Position numbers and translations under genes: made by a program
Part shown: positions 1-13,400 of the stretch, in pieces
Layout: each line of letters starts with the position of its first letter
Numbering within the stretch: the stretch's first letter is position 1
Notes under the pieces: generated by a model
Seen by the model: only the letters and a program-made list of their open reading frames with translations
Told to the model about the DNA's origin: nothing
The model's database searches: none
Source of the DNA: Squalus acanthias
Taxonomy: Eukaryota
Direction of reading: 5' to 3'
Length of the DNA stretch: 64,000 bases
NCBI GenBank assembly: GCA_030390025.1
Contig: CM059427.1
Coordinates: forward strand, 19,096,001-19,160,000

Positions 1-716
1 TGTTCCGCAAAGCGGTCACCCAATCTGCGTTTGGTCTTCCCAATGTCGAGGAGACCGCATAGTGAGCAGCGAATACAGTATATTAAATTGCAAGAAGTGC
101 AAGTAAATCGCTGTTTCACCTGGAAGGAGTGTTTGGGTCCCTGGACAGTGGGAAAGGTGGAGGTAAAAGGGCATGTGTTGCACCTCCTGCGCTTGCATGG
201 AAAGGTGCCGGGCGAAGGGGTGTTGGGGGTGATAGAGGAGTGGACCAGGGTGTCGCGGAGGGAGCGGTCCTTTCGGAATGCTGAAAGGAGAGGTGAGGGG
301 AAGATGTGTTTGGTGGTGGGATCACGCTGGAGGTGGCGGAAATGGCGGAGGATGATCCGTTGAATGTGGAGGCTAGTGGGGTGAAAGATGAGGACAAGGG
401 GAACCCTATCGTGGTTCCGGAAGGGGTAGGGGTGAGAGCAGAAGTGCGGGAAATAGAACGGACACGGTCAAGGGCCGTGTCAGCCACGGTAGAGGGGAAT
501 CCTCGGTTGAGGGAAAAGGAAGACATGTCGGAAGCACTGGTATGGAAGGTGGCATCGTCAGAGCAGATGCGGTGGAGACCGAGAAACTGGGAGAATGGAA
601 TAGAGTCCTTACAGGAGGCGGGGTGGGAGGAAGTGTAGTCCAGGTGGCTGTGGGAGTCAGTGGGCTTGTAGTGAATGATTGTCAATAGCCTACCCCCAGA
701 GATGGAGACAGAGAAG
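1..716 (-). mobile_element. Penelope-like element, family A: RT C-terminus and start of GIY-YIG endonuclease; runs off the left edge of the window
   Basis: ORF 116..685(-) reads YKPTDSHSHLDYTSSHPASCKDSIPFSQFLGLHRICSD, typical of the PLE RT thumb. The reverse complement of 1-150 encodes the GIY-YIG start and matches 717-848. Confidence 0.85.
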
Positions 717-1440
717 TCCCACTGTCCAGGTGAAACAGCGATTTACTTGTACTACTTGCAATTTAGTATACTGTATTCACTGCTCATGATGCGCTCTCCT
801 CTACATTGGGGAGACCAGACGCAGATTGGGTGACCGCTTTGCGGAACACCTCCGTTCAGTCCGTAAGGGTGACCCCGAGCTTCCGGTCTCCTGTCAATTT
901 AATTCTCCGCTCCACTCCCACTCTGACCTCTCCGTCCTCGGCCTCTTGCACTGTTCCAATGAAGCTCGGCGTAAGCTCGAGGAACAGCACCTCATCTTTC
1001 AATTCGGCACTTTACAGCCTTCTGGACTCAACATTGAGTTCAACAATTTCAGATCATAACCTCTGCCCCATCTCTTTTCCATTTATTTTATTTATTATAT
1101 ATTTTTTTCTCTCCCACATGGCAGCTGTCTCTCCTTCTGCCAGTGCCATTTACACTTCATCTAGAGCCATCTTTTGTTTCTTAACTTGTCCCATTACCAT
1201 CTCCTTTTGCCTTGCACCATCTCTTAATCTCTCCTGCCTTCCATCCTATCACAGACCTTCCCTTTTGTTCTTTCCTCCCCTCCCACCTTCCCTGTCCCTA
1301 CACTTGCTTAAAAACCTGTTCGATCTCCAGCTTTTTCCAGTTCTGACGAAGGGTCGTCGACCTGAAACGTTAACTGTTTCTCTCTCCACAGATGCTGCCT
1401 GACCTGCTGAGTATTTCCAGCATTTTCTGTTCTTATTTCC
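717..1440 (+). mobile_element. Penelope-like element, family A: inverted arm (GIY-YIG C-terminus plus 3' pLTR)
   Basis: ORF 826..1059 reads GDRFAEHLRSV...PVSCQFNS...RKLEEQHLIFQFGTLQPSGLNIEF. It is an inverted copy of 1-150, and its 3' end matches 27264-27400 and 28120-28213. Confidence 0.85.
1338..1376 (+). ncRNA. Minimal type I hammerhead ribozyme (PLE family A)
   Basis: CAGTT-CTGACGA-A-GGGTC-gtc-GACCT-GAAA-CGT-T-AACTG: CUGANGA and GAAA cores, stem I CAGUU/AACUG, 5-bp stem II, palindromic AACGUU in place of stem III. Confidence 0.85.
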
Positions 1441-2063
1441 TTCCTATAGTGTTGAGCCCGAAACTGTACACAGTACTCGAACTGTACTCAAAGTTTTGTA
1501 TAGATTCACCATTGCATCTCAACTTTTATATTCTGTATCTCTTGCCATAAAACATTCGTATTCCATTTTATGGCCTTATCCTTGTACATGTCTGGACTTG
1601 ATGGGAAGAATTACCTTTTCTTGCTCCACAATTTTCACGTTAATTCAGATGCTGGAGGGGGAAAAAGTCCTGGGTGGCATGGTGTGTGAATACACAGTTC
1701 TTTCACCTCTGGGATAACTTTAAACTGTTTTGAAGTTTAATAGCTTGCAGTAAGCTAGTTTAGTCAGTAATTTTTACATTTAAAAATAAAAATGGGTGGA
1801 CTTGAGATGCAGCACTTTTTGTGATCATGGCCCACTCAGTCTTGAGGAGAGGAGCAGAGAAAAATCCAGCTGCCCACCTGTTCATTGTCTGTTATGAGCA
1901 ACAGATATTTTATCATAACCTTCAATGTATCATTTTAAGATATTTTGTACCTTTTGAACATTTATAATATTGCTCGAGGATACGCTGTCAGAATTTTGCA
2001 AGAGTTAATTTAAGTGTTACATTTAGGGTTAAGTTTCAGTCCAGTTTCCCTGCCTTTCTATAG

Positions 2064-2191
2064 GTACTCGATTGTATCCATTTAAGTGAAGAAACAACAA
2101 CATCTTCCAGCAGAATCTTTGTGAAGATCCTTTTTCAAGAGCTCTGTGAATATATGGGGCTTCCCAAACTAAATCAAAGGCTACAGGACAT
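2064..2191 (+). CDS. CWC22: CWC22 coding exon (MA3/MI domain region)
   Basis: tag|GTA...GAC AT|gtaagt. Translates [42 protein letters not shown], recognisable as vertebrate CWC22. Its phase-2 end joins the G at 4616. Confidence 0.95.
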
Positions 2192-3788
2192 GTAAGTGTA
2201 AACTGAGTTGTGTGACTGTTTATTTTTGTGATCGTTGAGTCCTTGGTGTGATTACCAAAACCAAGCAACTGACTCAGTACTCCAAAATTTACGTTTTGTT
2301 TTTAACTATTTTCAATTGAGACATCATGTTGTAACATCTACTGTTTATCAGACAACAATGATGTGCCTGCTGGTTCAAAAGCAGACCATTGTGAAATAGA
2401 ACTTAACTTTTAGAGAACCAATAATTTAATTTTCCATATTCTTGAAATATGCTTAAAATAGTTCCCTTAGTTTTATTTTTGTTCAAACTAAAACATCTGC
2501 AAATGCTTTGAAAAAGTTTAATTGCTGAATTTGTTTCAATTGGCTGCAAAATTGTGATAGTTTTTTTTTTAGTTTTGTCCTGGCAAAGTTTCGGGATAGA
2601 AATAGTAATTAGTGTTTTTAATGGGTTTATGATTATTGTTGCAATAGTTCAGCTAAACTGTTGCATGAAGTAAGTGGTCTGACTGAGCCATTTGGCTCAG
2701 GACCCCCTCCACTAGAAATTAGGTTGGAATTGCCTGCACTCAAATCATAACTTTTACAGCCAGCAGAGAGAGGAGACTTGCAGAAATACCAAGTATTTTC
2801 TTACAGCCTTGAAAGAGCAGGAAAGTCCCTGGTAATAATGGTTCGAGTACGCACTCATTTTGGTTATGAAAATTATGGTATGAACAGATTTTTAAATTAG
2901 AAAAAACAGTTTCTTACCAATATAGAGAGACCTTTGAGTCAAGTGTCTTTACTGTTAGGCCACACCAGAGATGTCAGTGAGAAGTAACCCTGTGTGTCCT
3001 GGAGCAACTCCATAGTAAACAGCATGGGTAGTGACTTCACATGATTCTGAAAGTTGCTCTGGAGTCACCCAACCCTGGGAATCCACTCTAGGTTGCATCA
3101 TGGTATTATAGGGTCACAGAACTCCAAAACAGTGCTCAGGCTGATTTGAAGTTGCATATCCTGCGACTTACGGAGAAGCTGATCTGGGACTCCTGCTGCA
3201 CCTCAAAATATTTTACTCATAAAAAGCAGAACGTCTGATGGAAGTTTCCACTTTAAATTTTAAAAAAAAGAAGTTGTAAATGGTTCCTTCGTGAACTACA
3301 GAAGCATGTAAAACATTCTTTACGATACTTTGTATGGCTCCCAAGGATTGTATAATTGCTGTATTTTGAACTACACCGTTTACATACAAAAGGGCTTGCA
3401 GTGGGTCACACCTGTTAAAATGCCAACAAACTTCCATTGGAATGAAAAGTAACTTTTCCACTTGTGTAAAAAAGATTTTCAAATATTGCTAAGACACTAT
3501 AAAATATATCAAGGATTGGATTGAAACAAAATTACATTTGAAGCTGTATTTGTATAAAACTTCAAATTAATCACTTGTTTCCCATCTCCATTATGTAAAT
3601 AGGCAGATTATAGTTGACTTGACAAAACCAAATAAATGAAATTTGATTAATTGTTTAGTATTTGAATATTTATCACAACTTATTTTTGTGAATACTTTTT
3701 TGAAATGAAATGTATAATTTTATTATCTGTAGTGTGACTCCGGGACCGCAAACACATTGACACAACTTGTATAATTTGAGATTATATT

Positions 3789-4538
3789 GGCCGAGAAATT
3801 AGACTTCGATGGTTGCCGCGGGGGTAAGGATCGTGCGCGATCTTACCTACCGCGCCTGCCTTTATGGTTCGGGCCCACACGAACTTCTGCTCCTGGACCT
3901 CTCCCTGGTGCCGGCGTGCAGTGTGTGTGTGTCCCAGAGGCGCAGTTAGTTCGATGTGACCTCTGGGATCACGTGGGCCAGTTAGAGCCAATGGCAGCAC
4001 ACCATCTTTCATTCATAGTTTTGACAGGAGAACTGTCAAAACTATGAATACAACTTGCCCCCAAAAGAACAGGTAAACCTCAATTAAATTTTTTTAAAAA
4101 CCCATCACATTAATAAAATAACTATAGTTAAATAAATTAACCACTTTAAACAAAAATTTTAATTTTTGAAAAAATTTAAATTCTTTTTAAAAGTTATAAA
4201 AATAAACTTACCTTTCTTTAAAGTCTCTAAAAAAGATAAACCTGTTGAAATTTTTTTTTAAATAATACTTAATTAACTACTTGTTAAAAGGGGGTCTTAC
4301 GCCTCCTTTTTTCATGTGTAAAATCTTCCATACTTACCCTCGCGTTCAAACCTGAAAAAAAACCGAAGTGTGCTGCGTGCGCACAGCCTGTAGTGTGCAC
4401 GCGGTTCACTTAGGAACCGCCCCCTTCGCAATATCGGAAGTGCCGGTTTCCCGTGCATGCAGGAAACCGGCACTTCGGGACCGAATATGGGTGAGTACAC
4501 AGTGCGTACTCTCCCGTATTCGGCCGAATTTCTGGGCC
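3789..4538. mobile_element. MITE (PIF/Harbinger-like) in a CWC22 intron
   Basis: TIR GGCCGAGAAATT / AATTTCTGGGCC (11/12), flanked by ATT on both sides (3786-88, 4539-41). Internal 15-bp inverted repeat at 4437-4476; AT-rich core. Confidence 0.75.
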
Positions 4539-4615
4539 ATTGTGTTAAAAAAGTTTGCATTTCTTCAAAATTTGACATTGGTTTTTAAGAGTTTTTTTAT
4601 GCATGGCTTTTACAG

Positions 4616-4717
4616 GACACTACAGCCTTTCTTTGAAGGTCTCTTTCCCAGGGATAATCCACGCAATACTCGATTTGCTATCAATTTCTTTACCTCTATT
4701 GGTCTTGGAGGACTAAC
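4616..4717 (+). CDS. CWC22: CWC22 coding exon
   Basis: tacag|G ACA CTA...CTA AC|gtatgt; [34 protein letters not shown], a highly conserved CWC22 motif. Confidence 0.97.
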
Positions 4718-4809
4718 GTATGTATACTTTCATATTTTTGTTTGCTTCACAATAGTTCATTTATTTTGTATTTGGTTCCAATAATATTGGTTATATTTTT
4801 CCAATTCAG

Positions 4810-5042
4810 AGATGAATTGCGAGAACACTTGAAAAATGCACCAAAAATAATAATGACCCAGCGGCAAGATGTCGAATCATCAGATTCTTCTTCATCCTCT
4901 TCCTCCTCTGGTTCGGATTCAGATTCTTCCTCTGATTCAGGATCTGAAAGTAGCAGTAGCAGCAGTAGTGGCAGTGATAGCAGCTCTGGATCATCTAGTG
5001 ACAGTGACTCCTCCTCCTCCAGCAGCAGCAGTGGTGGCTCAG
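4810..5042 (+). CDS. CWC22: CWC22 coding exon (DELREHLK plus Ser/Asp-rich tract)
   Basis: ttcag|A GAT GAA TTG CGA... after a 92-bp intron; DELREHLKNAPKIIMTQ...SSSSDSD; ends TCA G|gtacgt (phase 1). Confidence 0.95.
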
Positions 5043-5221
5043 GTACGTACTTTATGGTGTGTTTTTGTCCCCTGCCCCATACTTCTATGAATACACACAC
5101 ACTTCAATCAAAGTAATTCTGCCCCATGCATCTCTTCACTCTTAAACACATAAGCAACCTTTTTTCAGGCCTCTGCTAATTTTGTTGTTGAATTTATCCC
5201 TAGAAGGTGCATGAGAACAGT

Positions 5222-6490
5222 CATAAGAACATAAGAAATAGGAGCAGGAGTAGGCCATTCGGCCCCTCGATCCTGCTCCGCCATTCAATGAGATCATGGC
5301 TGATCTGATCTTGGCCTCAACTCCACTTTCTTGCCCGCTCCCCATAACCCTTGATTCCCCTGTTTATCAAAATTCTGTCTATCTCCGCCTTGAATATATT
5401 CAATGACTCAGCCTCCACCACTCTCTGGGATAGGGCATTCCAAAGATTCACGACCCTCTGAGAAGAAATTCCTCCTCATCTCCGTTTTAAATGGGCGACC
5501 CCTTATTCTGAAACTATGCCCCCCTAGTTCTAGATTGCCCCACGAGGGGAAACATCCTCCCTGCATCTACCCTGTTAAGCCCCCTCAGAATCTTGTATGT
5601 TTCAATAAGATCACCTCTCATTCTTCTAAACTCCAATGAGTATAGGCCCAACCTGCTCAACCTTTCTTAAGACAACCCCTTCAACCTGGTGAACCTTCTC
5701 TGAACTGTCTCCAATGCAAGTATGTCCTTCCTTAAATAAGGAGACCAAAACTGTACGCAGTACTTCAGGTGTGGTCTCACCAATGCCCTGTACAGTTGTA
5801 GCAAGACTTCCCAACTTTTATACTCCATCCCCCTTGCAATAAAGGCCAATATTCTATTTGCCTTCCTAATTACTTGCTGTACCTGCATGCTAACTTTGTG
5901 TTTCATGTACGAGGACACCCAGATCCCTCTGTACTGCAGCATTCTCTCCATTTAAATATTTTTCTTTTTTATTCTTGCTACCAAAGTGGATAACCTCACA
6001 TTTTCCCACATTATACTCCATCTGCCAAATTTTTGCCCACTCACTTAACCTATCTATATCCCTTTGCAGACTCTGTGTCCTCCTCACAACTTGCTTTCCC
6101 ACCTATCTTTGTATCATCAGCAAATTTGGCTACAGTACACTCGGTACAGGTCACTTCATCCAAGTCATTAATATAGATTGTAAATAGCTGAGGCCCAGCA
6201 CTGATCCCTGTGGCACCCCACTAGTTACAGTTTGCCAACCTGAAAAAGACCCATTTATTCCGACTCTCTGTTTTCTGTCCGTTAGCCAATCCTCTATCCA
6301 GTCTAATATATTACCCCTAACACCGTGAGCTCTTATCTTGTGCAGTAACCTTTTATGCGGCACCTTATCGAATGCCTTCTGGAAATCCAAATACACTACA
6401 TCTACTGGTTCCCCTTTATCCACCCTGCTCGTTACATCCTCAAAGAACTCTAATAAATTTGTCAAATACGATTTCCCTTTCATAAAACCA
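5222..6490 (-). mobile_element. CR1 LINE, 5'-truncated (RT and 3' tail)
   Basis: ORFs 6151..6516, 5890..6102 and 5667..5951 give YLDFQKAFDKVPH, GVPQGSVLG and HLKYCVQFWSP. Tail GGCCTACTCCTGCTCCTATTTCTTATGTTCTTATG. Confidence 0.92.
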
Positions 6491-9409
6491 CCTGTGGGGA
6501 AGTTCCTGACTTTCACCTTCCCTGGTGATAGAGCATTTCTCTTTTTTTCCCCTCATTGGGAAAGTACAACTATAATGGGAAACCCACAGTTTTGTTGATG
6601 TAAGGAAAAATCCATATTCTTTAATTTGGTTTATCCATCATCAATTTTGCTAAATACCAACATTGGTAACTGGTTGAGAAGCAACACTATACATTTGGTG
6701 ACTGGATCTCTGTTGTGGCATTCAAGGTCTTCCAATTAACTGTTAAATTGAGGTGTGATGTATTTTGGAAATTAGCAATTTCAGTAGACATTTAAGACCT
6801 TAGTAATGTTGAAGCTAAAATCTTGTGGGACGTATTTTGGAAAGACAGATGTGTTAAGATGCAGCAACTTCGGTCTATACTGATCAGAGTTATGGGAGAA
6901 AAGCTGTACAAACATGATTTTTTTTTTTCATTGTAACATTTTTTGATGACATAGGCTGAAGGTTATGGAAACATTTTTGCAACCCATATGCAAAGTCCTG
7001 TGAGATTAAAATGTGCATCTTCAGACCTCATGTAAGATTAGATAACCACTAGATATTTCATTTTTTTCCTTATCCAATTTTCTCCCCTCCCCTTGCCCAC
7101 TTAGCTGAACGTGTTGACTGCTTGCTGAGGTACAGTTCCATGGGTAGCTTTGCATTCTGGTATGTTGCTCAAGTGGCCTCTAGTTTGTGAGCCTGGTGTA
7201 GTGAGTGTCAGCGGTTACTGGAGATTGGGGACATGGTGGTCAACCCTGGGTCTATTCTTGGCCAAAGTTCAAACACATGCACTTCTAGGAAGGGTCACCA
7301 GATAACAATCTGAAAAGTGAAACCAGTTGATTTAGCCCTCCTTAGTCTAGAGGCACAGAGACCAATTTATTGCCTGTACCAGCATTCTGGCTGGGATCAG
7401 TGAACTTGGCACATTGTTTTCTTTTGGCACATCTTACCATTCCAGACTATTAATGTTTGTGATGATCTCTGAACGGCTTTGGTCTTCTATCTTTTATTTA
7501 TTGACACTCACCTATTTGGATGTTGTTTAGGGTACTTTTATTAGTTGTATAATGGACAGGTTTTTCATTTAGTGCAGTAAACTGAAGTCTCATAAGGTCT
7601 TACTTGGAATCAGAATGCCAATATACAAATGACAAGCATATGAGTAGATATTGCTTTTGGCCTTGTTTGAATTAACAACATCTTTTCCATGTAATCCAGT
7701 TTGTCAGCCTATAATACTGAGAGCAGGTGTTGAACACAGCAGGTAACTTTGACAGTTGCATTAAATGGTTTTGACATTTTTTTCAGTTCAGAGGAATCAT
7801 TAACAATTTGAATCACTAACAGGTTTTCATTAGCTTTAGAGAAATTGATAATGCATGTGCAGTGCAGTGTTGGCGAATATAACCGTTCTTCCCTCTTTTT
7901 AGTCAAAGCAACAATTTGCATTTATGTAGCACCTTTTAGTGTCGAGAAACATCCCAAGGCATAATCAGACACACATCCCAGTTATTTAACTTGTTCCAAA
8001 TGTACATAAATGCAATTTTAAGCAATGATAAAGTAAAGTGAACTAATGTCAACTTAAATGAAACGTTTTCATCCACCAATAGTTTTGGATAAATAAATAG
8101 CTTTAGCTTAACTAAGCTACTAGAATACTGAAGAGCGAAGTAGGAAAAATTCAAGAGGTGTCACTTCAACCAAGAGACAGATGGCTGCTACATGGACAGC
8201 TGCAGGTCTGTGGAGCTGTTTGATATGACCTGAACAGACAGGTCCTTAACAACCAACTGATTTTTGTAGCCTGCCAAGCTAAGCATGGATGGGCTTCCTT
8301 ATTATGGTTTTTTTTTGTACACTGAATCATATTGATTTTCTAATGTACCCTTGGATTGATGTTCCCAATTTCTTCTGAATTGTTTAAACAGTTACTGGAG
8401 AGTATAATAATTTACTGTTAAGACAGCTAAATTTCTTTTCAGATATCTGGCTGATTTTATATTTAATATTTAGGGTGAGAATTTAACTGAAGGATGATAA
8501 AATGCAGCAAGTATGTAAATTCGCCCCAAGAGGCGCAACATTATTCTCAACAGATAAATTCCATCCACTTCTGGTGTGATTGAAATTGAAGAAAACAGAT
8601 TGAAAACTCATTAAATACTGATAAGTTTTGGGATTAAATAGGCACTCAGGATATGAAGGAAGCGATATTAAATTTGTACATGTACACACAAAGAGATTAT
8701 CTAATGGTTCTGAATAGCTGCAAGCAATCTGTCGAAACTGCTGTTCATATCTGCTGTCTTAATAAAACGAAGCCATTGGGAGAATACTGTGTTGTAGAAG
8801 ATTTTATTTCTCCTGCTTCCCCAAATGCACTTAATTAACATGCAAGTTATTGTTGCATCGAATCTGCATTTTATCCCAGGTTTTAGACTGAGTGTAGCCT
8901 CTTTTTTTCCGAACCATGTTCCAGCGATCCATATTTCTTTCAAATTGCCCTGGTTGGACATTGTAAAATCCAGATTTAAGGCTTTGGTGGTCCATTACAA
9001 TGATAATACAGGGTTTGTTATTTCTCCAGTTATGGGGTGATAAAATGGAAACAATTTGTTATTGCATGTTGAGTTGTGGTGCCCTAGTTATTTCTTCTGT
9101 TTGTCAATTTTAATTGAAATTGTGATTAAAATGATACAATTACCACCAGCAGTTAGATTGAATATGCAAATTAACAGGCAAACCACTCTGTACTAAATGC
9201 CAACTCCTAACACATCATTGTAAAATTCATATAATTTAGCGTTAAGAATTGTGCAACTCCCAATTTCATTTGAAATAAACCCTATGTAGATGTATCTGTA
9301 TATTTTAAGGTAAATATACCTCTATTTGTGAAAAGATATAGCCAACAAGAAAATATTTAAAACCTACACATTTATAGTGATTGAGTATATACTAAATTTT
9401 TCTTCACAG

Positions 9410-10008
9410 ATTTAAATTCAAAGAGCAAGAAGGTACAGAATAAAAAGAGAGAGCGAGATCAAGAAAAGATGGACAGTGGAAAACGACTAAATGTGGGAGA
9501 GCGATCTCGAAAAGAGCAGGAAAGCAGGTATCGAGGCAGCAGTGAGGAGCAGGAAAGAAAACTGGATAGAAATAGTGGCAGAACTTCTAGACAATCTGGA
9601 GAGAGAAGAGATGAATCAGCCAGGTATAATAGAGAGGAGACACATGAACGAGATCGGAAACGCAGTGATCGGGACAAGGAACGTGACAGAAACAGAGACT
9701 TTACAGATAAACACGCTGAATACAGAAAAGATGACACAAGGAACCATTCTCGCTCTGAAAATGATAGAAACCGCTCCAGGAGCAAAGATGGCAATGATCA
9801 CTACAGTCGGAGAAGAGAAAAGTCAAAATCTAGAGAGAAAAGTCGCAAAGAAATGACCTCCAGAAACAGTGAGGAGGACCGCCCAAAAAATGGTGTAGAT
9901 AAGCGATCTGGAAAGCATGATCGTCAGGAGGGCAGATATTCAGAGCGCTCTAAGGATTACAGAAAGGATGAAGACAGGTGCAGAGAAAGTTCCCCAAGAA
10001 GACACTGA
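9410..10008 (+). CDS. CWC22: CWC22 terminal coding exon (Arg/Ser/Asp/Glu-rich C-terminus)
   Basis: ttcacag|AT TTA AAT TCA is phase-compatible with the G at 5042 and in frame with ORF 9469..10008, which ends RESSPRRH*. Confidence 0.88.
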
Positions 10009-10181
10009 ATAACATTTACAGTGCTGTTATTTGGAAAAACTGCATTGCCAAAGCTCTTGGGGCAATACAAATGCCACAATTAAAGGAGAAGAAACGACGT
10101 CTTGCATAGAACTGCTGATCTGTACGTAGTTTCCACTGGAACCTTACAAACTGCTATTTCCAGTTGTCATCTTTTGTAATT

Positions 10182-10542
10182 AATAAAATCTGCATTTAAA
10201 ACAAATGCTGAGGAAATACCTTCAAGCAATTCTTCCTTTTGGACAAATCTGAAAGGTGTGCAGATTTATTTTGTGGACAGTGATATCTTTGATAATGCAT
10301 TTATAGAGGATTTGACATTCTCTTGTTTCATGTAAATGTTTTGTTTGTCAACTCAAATAAAAATCGTGCAGATATGTCACTTCTTTGAAGGATTTTATCA
10401 ATTACCAATACAGTTCAGTTTATACCACATTTTGGTTTAACATTAACAAGTCAGGTTAAAAATCAATGTTCAACAAATAGACCCTTGACTTTGATAAGTA
10501 GTTACATAGTTTTTTTATTTAAAAAAAAAGTACCTTAATAAA
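10182..10542 (+). terminator. Candidate polyadenylation signals of CWC22
   Basis: AATAAA at 10182-10187, 10356-10361 and 10537-10542, downstream of the stop codon. Confidence 0.55.
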
Positions 10543-11304
10543 GTTAATTGTTTAAATATAATAAGAACTATGCATAACAGTAATTTGATATATAGAATGG
10601 AAAATTTATCTACATGAAAATTTGCTATGCTCAGTCTATATGTATAATAGAATTACAAATTAGTACTTCAAAGTGCCTTTTCTGAAGTATTGGTAATTAG
10701 CATTAACTGGTGTGTAGTAATATGGACAGGTTGTTCTGGTCAGTATAAGTCCGTTTAATACCCTAACACTGCATTAAAGCTTAAACTTAAGGTATTAATA
10801 ATTCAAAACTGCAACTGTAAAATGCAATCCAGCTCATTTTATTATTTCACTGGAAAGTTTAAAGCTTAATTTTACTTGTACAAATTTAAAATTTGCTGCA
10901 TGTTCAGAACAGCACTGTAGAATGCACAATGTTCCCATTTACTGTATTCTGTGATTTTTATTAACCAAACTATATCTTGGTAATAATATGTCATTAGTGC
11001 CCAAGACTTTAAGCCCTAACATGCTGGTTGCTTTGCAGTAGGTACAAGGTAGGTGTATTATTGACTTAAGCTCACTATGTCATTGAACTACTTAAGACTA
11101 AATCTATAGATTGGCAGTTGTGAAAGGTTATATCAAATCTAGTTGTGGTGGTAATATTAAATAGGTTTATGACCAGCTGAATTGGCATTATTCAAATAGT
11201 TATAGTTAAGTATGTGATTGAAATTACCAAAATATTATCTACTTGTACCTGTGACAAAACTGATCTGTTGCACTATTTGCTCATTTAAAAAAAAAAAAAA
11301 TTCT

Positions 11305-13400
11305 CTAGATGTGGGTGATGCTGGCAAGACCACATTTATTGTTCATCCCTAGTACCCTGAGAAAATGATGATGGGAATTCTTCTTGAACCACTGCAGTCC
11401 TTGCAGTGATGCTGCTCTCTCAATGGTGTTAGGTCGGGAATTCTGGAATATTGACCCAGCATCAATATAGGAATGTCGGTATCCGTCCAGGTCGGGATGG
11501 TGAGAGACTAGAGGAGAAGTTGGAAGTGATGGTACTCTCATAATCTTGCTGCTGTTTTTCTCCTTTTTTCGAAGTTGGGGCTGAGAGGTGCTTTTGAAGT
11601 GAGTTTGCCGAGTTGCTGTAGTGCATCTTGATTGTACATACTGCAGCCAAAGCACACGGGTGGAGATTGAGTTCAGTGGCTAGGGTGCCGATCAAGCATA
11701 CTGCTTTGTCCAGGATGGTGTCGAGCTTCTTGACTGGTGTTGTGGCTGTACCAATCCAGATGAGTGCCAAGTAAGCCATCATACTCCTGTCGAGCCTTGT
11801 TGATGGTGGAGAGCCATTGACAGGTCAGGAAGTGGCCACTTGTTGCAGAATATCAGCCTGTACCTTGCCATGTGTTAATATGGCTGCTCCAGTTGAGCAT
11901 CTCCAAGATGATGGTGTAAGATTTGGTAATGGGTTACCTTTACAGTTCAGGCCAAGATGGTTTTGCTGCCTTTTTTTGGAGATGGTCATTGCCTGGCACT
12001 TATGTGGCACTTTTTTTTATCTTCCACGTGTCAACCCAAGTCTGGCTATTGTACAGGTCCTGCTGTTAGCTGGCATGGAGTTTGTCATTGTCAGAAGAGT
12101 TTAGAATGGAGCTGAACATTGTAAAATCATCTGCAAACAGCCCGACTCAACTAATGTCAGACCATTGATGGAGCAGCCCTGAGGAGCTCTAGCAGAGATG
12201 TTCTGGAGCTGTAATGGTTTGCCTCCAACAGTCATGGCAATTTTTCTGTGTGTCTTCTGAAGAATTGCCCCGTTGACCTCTGTTTTACTTGGACTCCTGG
12301 ATGCCATACTTAGTCGAATGTTATTTTGATGTAGAGGGCAGCTACTCTCGTTTTTCTTCTGGTGTTCAGCTCTCGTGTCTATGTCTGGAACAAGGCTGTC
12401 ATGAGGTTTGGGTTTGAGTGATGCTGGTGGAACCTGAACTGAGTGTCGTTAAATAGGTGTCACTTGATGGCACAATTAATGACTCCTTCCATCACTTTAT
12501 TGATTGGGTGGAAACTCATGAGTTAATAATTGTCCAGGTTAGACTTATCCTGCATTTTTGGAAAAGATCCAGGTAGTTTTCCACATTGTTGGTAAATGTC
12601 AGTGTAATAGCTTTTCTGGAATAGCTTGGCTAGATAGTTTTGATGCACAGGTCTTCAGCATTTTTGCTCAGATGTTAGCAGGGCCCATAGCCATCACTGT
12701 CCAGTATACTCGGCTACTTAAAGTGTCATGGATTGGCATCTATGATGGTGGAGACGAGAGGAGGTCGAGTAGGATCATCCACTCAGCAATTGTCTCTTGC
12801 ACTCATGTTAGGCTCTGCTGCTTTTCAAGATGGGCATGCTTGTGGTGCACCCTCCTGTTGCATGATTGTCCACCACCATTTTCAAACTGGTTATGGCAGG
12901 ATTACAGAACTTTGCTCTGGTCCATTAGTTGTGCACTCACTTGTCTCTGATAGCCTGCTGCTTTTGATGTTTAACATGCAGGTAGCCCAGTTTAGTAGTT
13001 TCACTAGTTTGGTGTCTCATTCTAAGGTATGCCTGGTGCTGCTCCTGACATGCCCTTCTACACACTCCAGTGAACCAGGATCGATCTCCTTGATGGCGAG
13101 TGAAGGATATGCCAGGTTATAACGTTACAGATTGTGGTAATGTACAACTCTGCTGCTGCTGATGGCTGTCTTTATCGGATGTCCAATTTTGGAATACTAG
13201 ATTTGTCTTTACTCTGTCAAACGTACCATGATCTTAGTCCTCAAGGTGAAAACAAGACTTTGTCTTCACATGGACTTTGCAGTGGTCACTCCGACCAGTG
13301 CTGTCATTGACAAATGTGTCTGCGACAGGTATGTTGGTGAGGACAAGGTCAGAGTTATTCTATCGTGTTGATGTTCTCACCACCTGATGCCATCTGGCAG
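11305..13400 (-). mobile_element. Old CR1-group LINE (distinct family), heavily decayed
   Basis: Minus-strand fragments ATTPVKKLDTILDKAVCLIG and ISARAPQG...SGCL(FADD). The 3' tail ...TTGCCAGCATCACCCACATC is shared with the SINE at 54766. Confidence 0.65.

Noticed and set aside
4747-5100. Glu/Leu-rich ORF on the minus strand
   Set aside because: Antisense shadow of the CWC22 Ser-rich exon.
7040-7410. Possible degenerate SINE in the last CWC22 intron
   Set aside because: Looks repeat-like, but there is no second copy, clear A/B box or TSD in the window to support a call.
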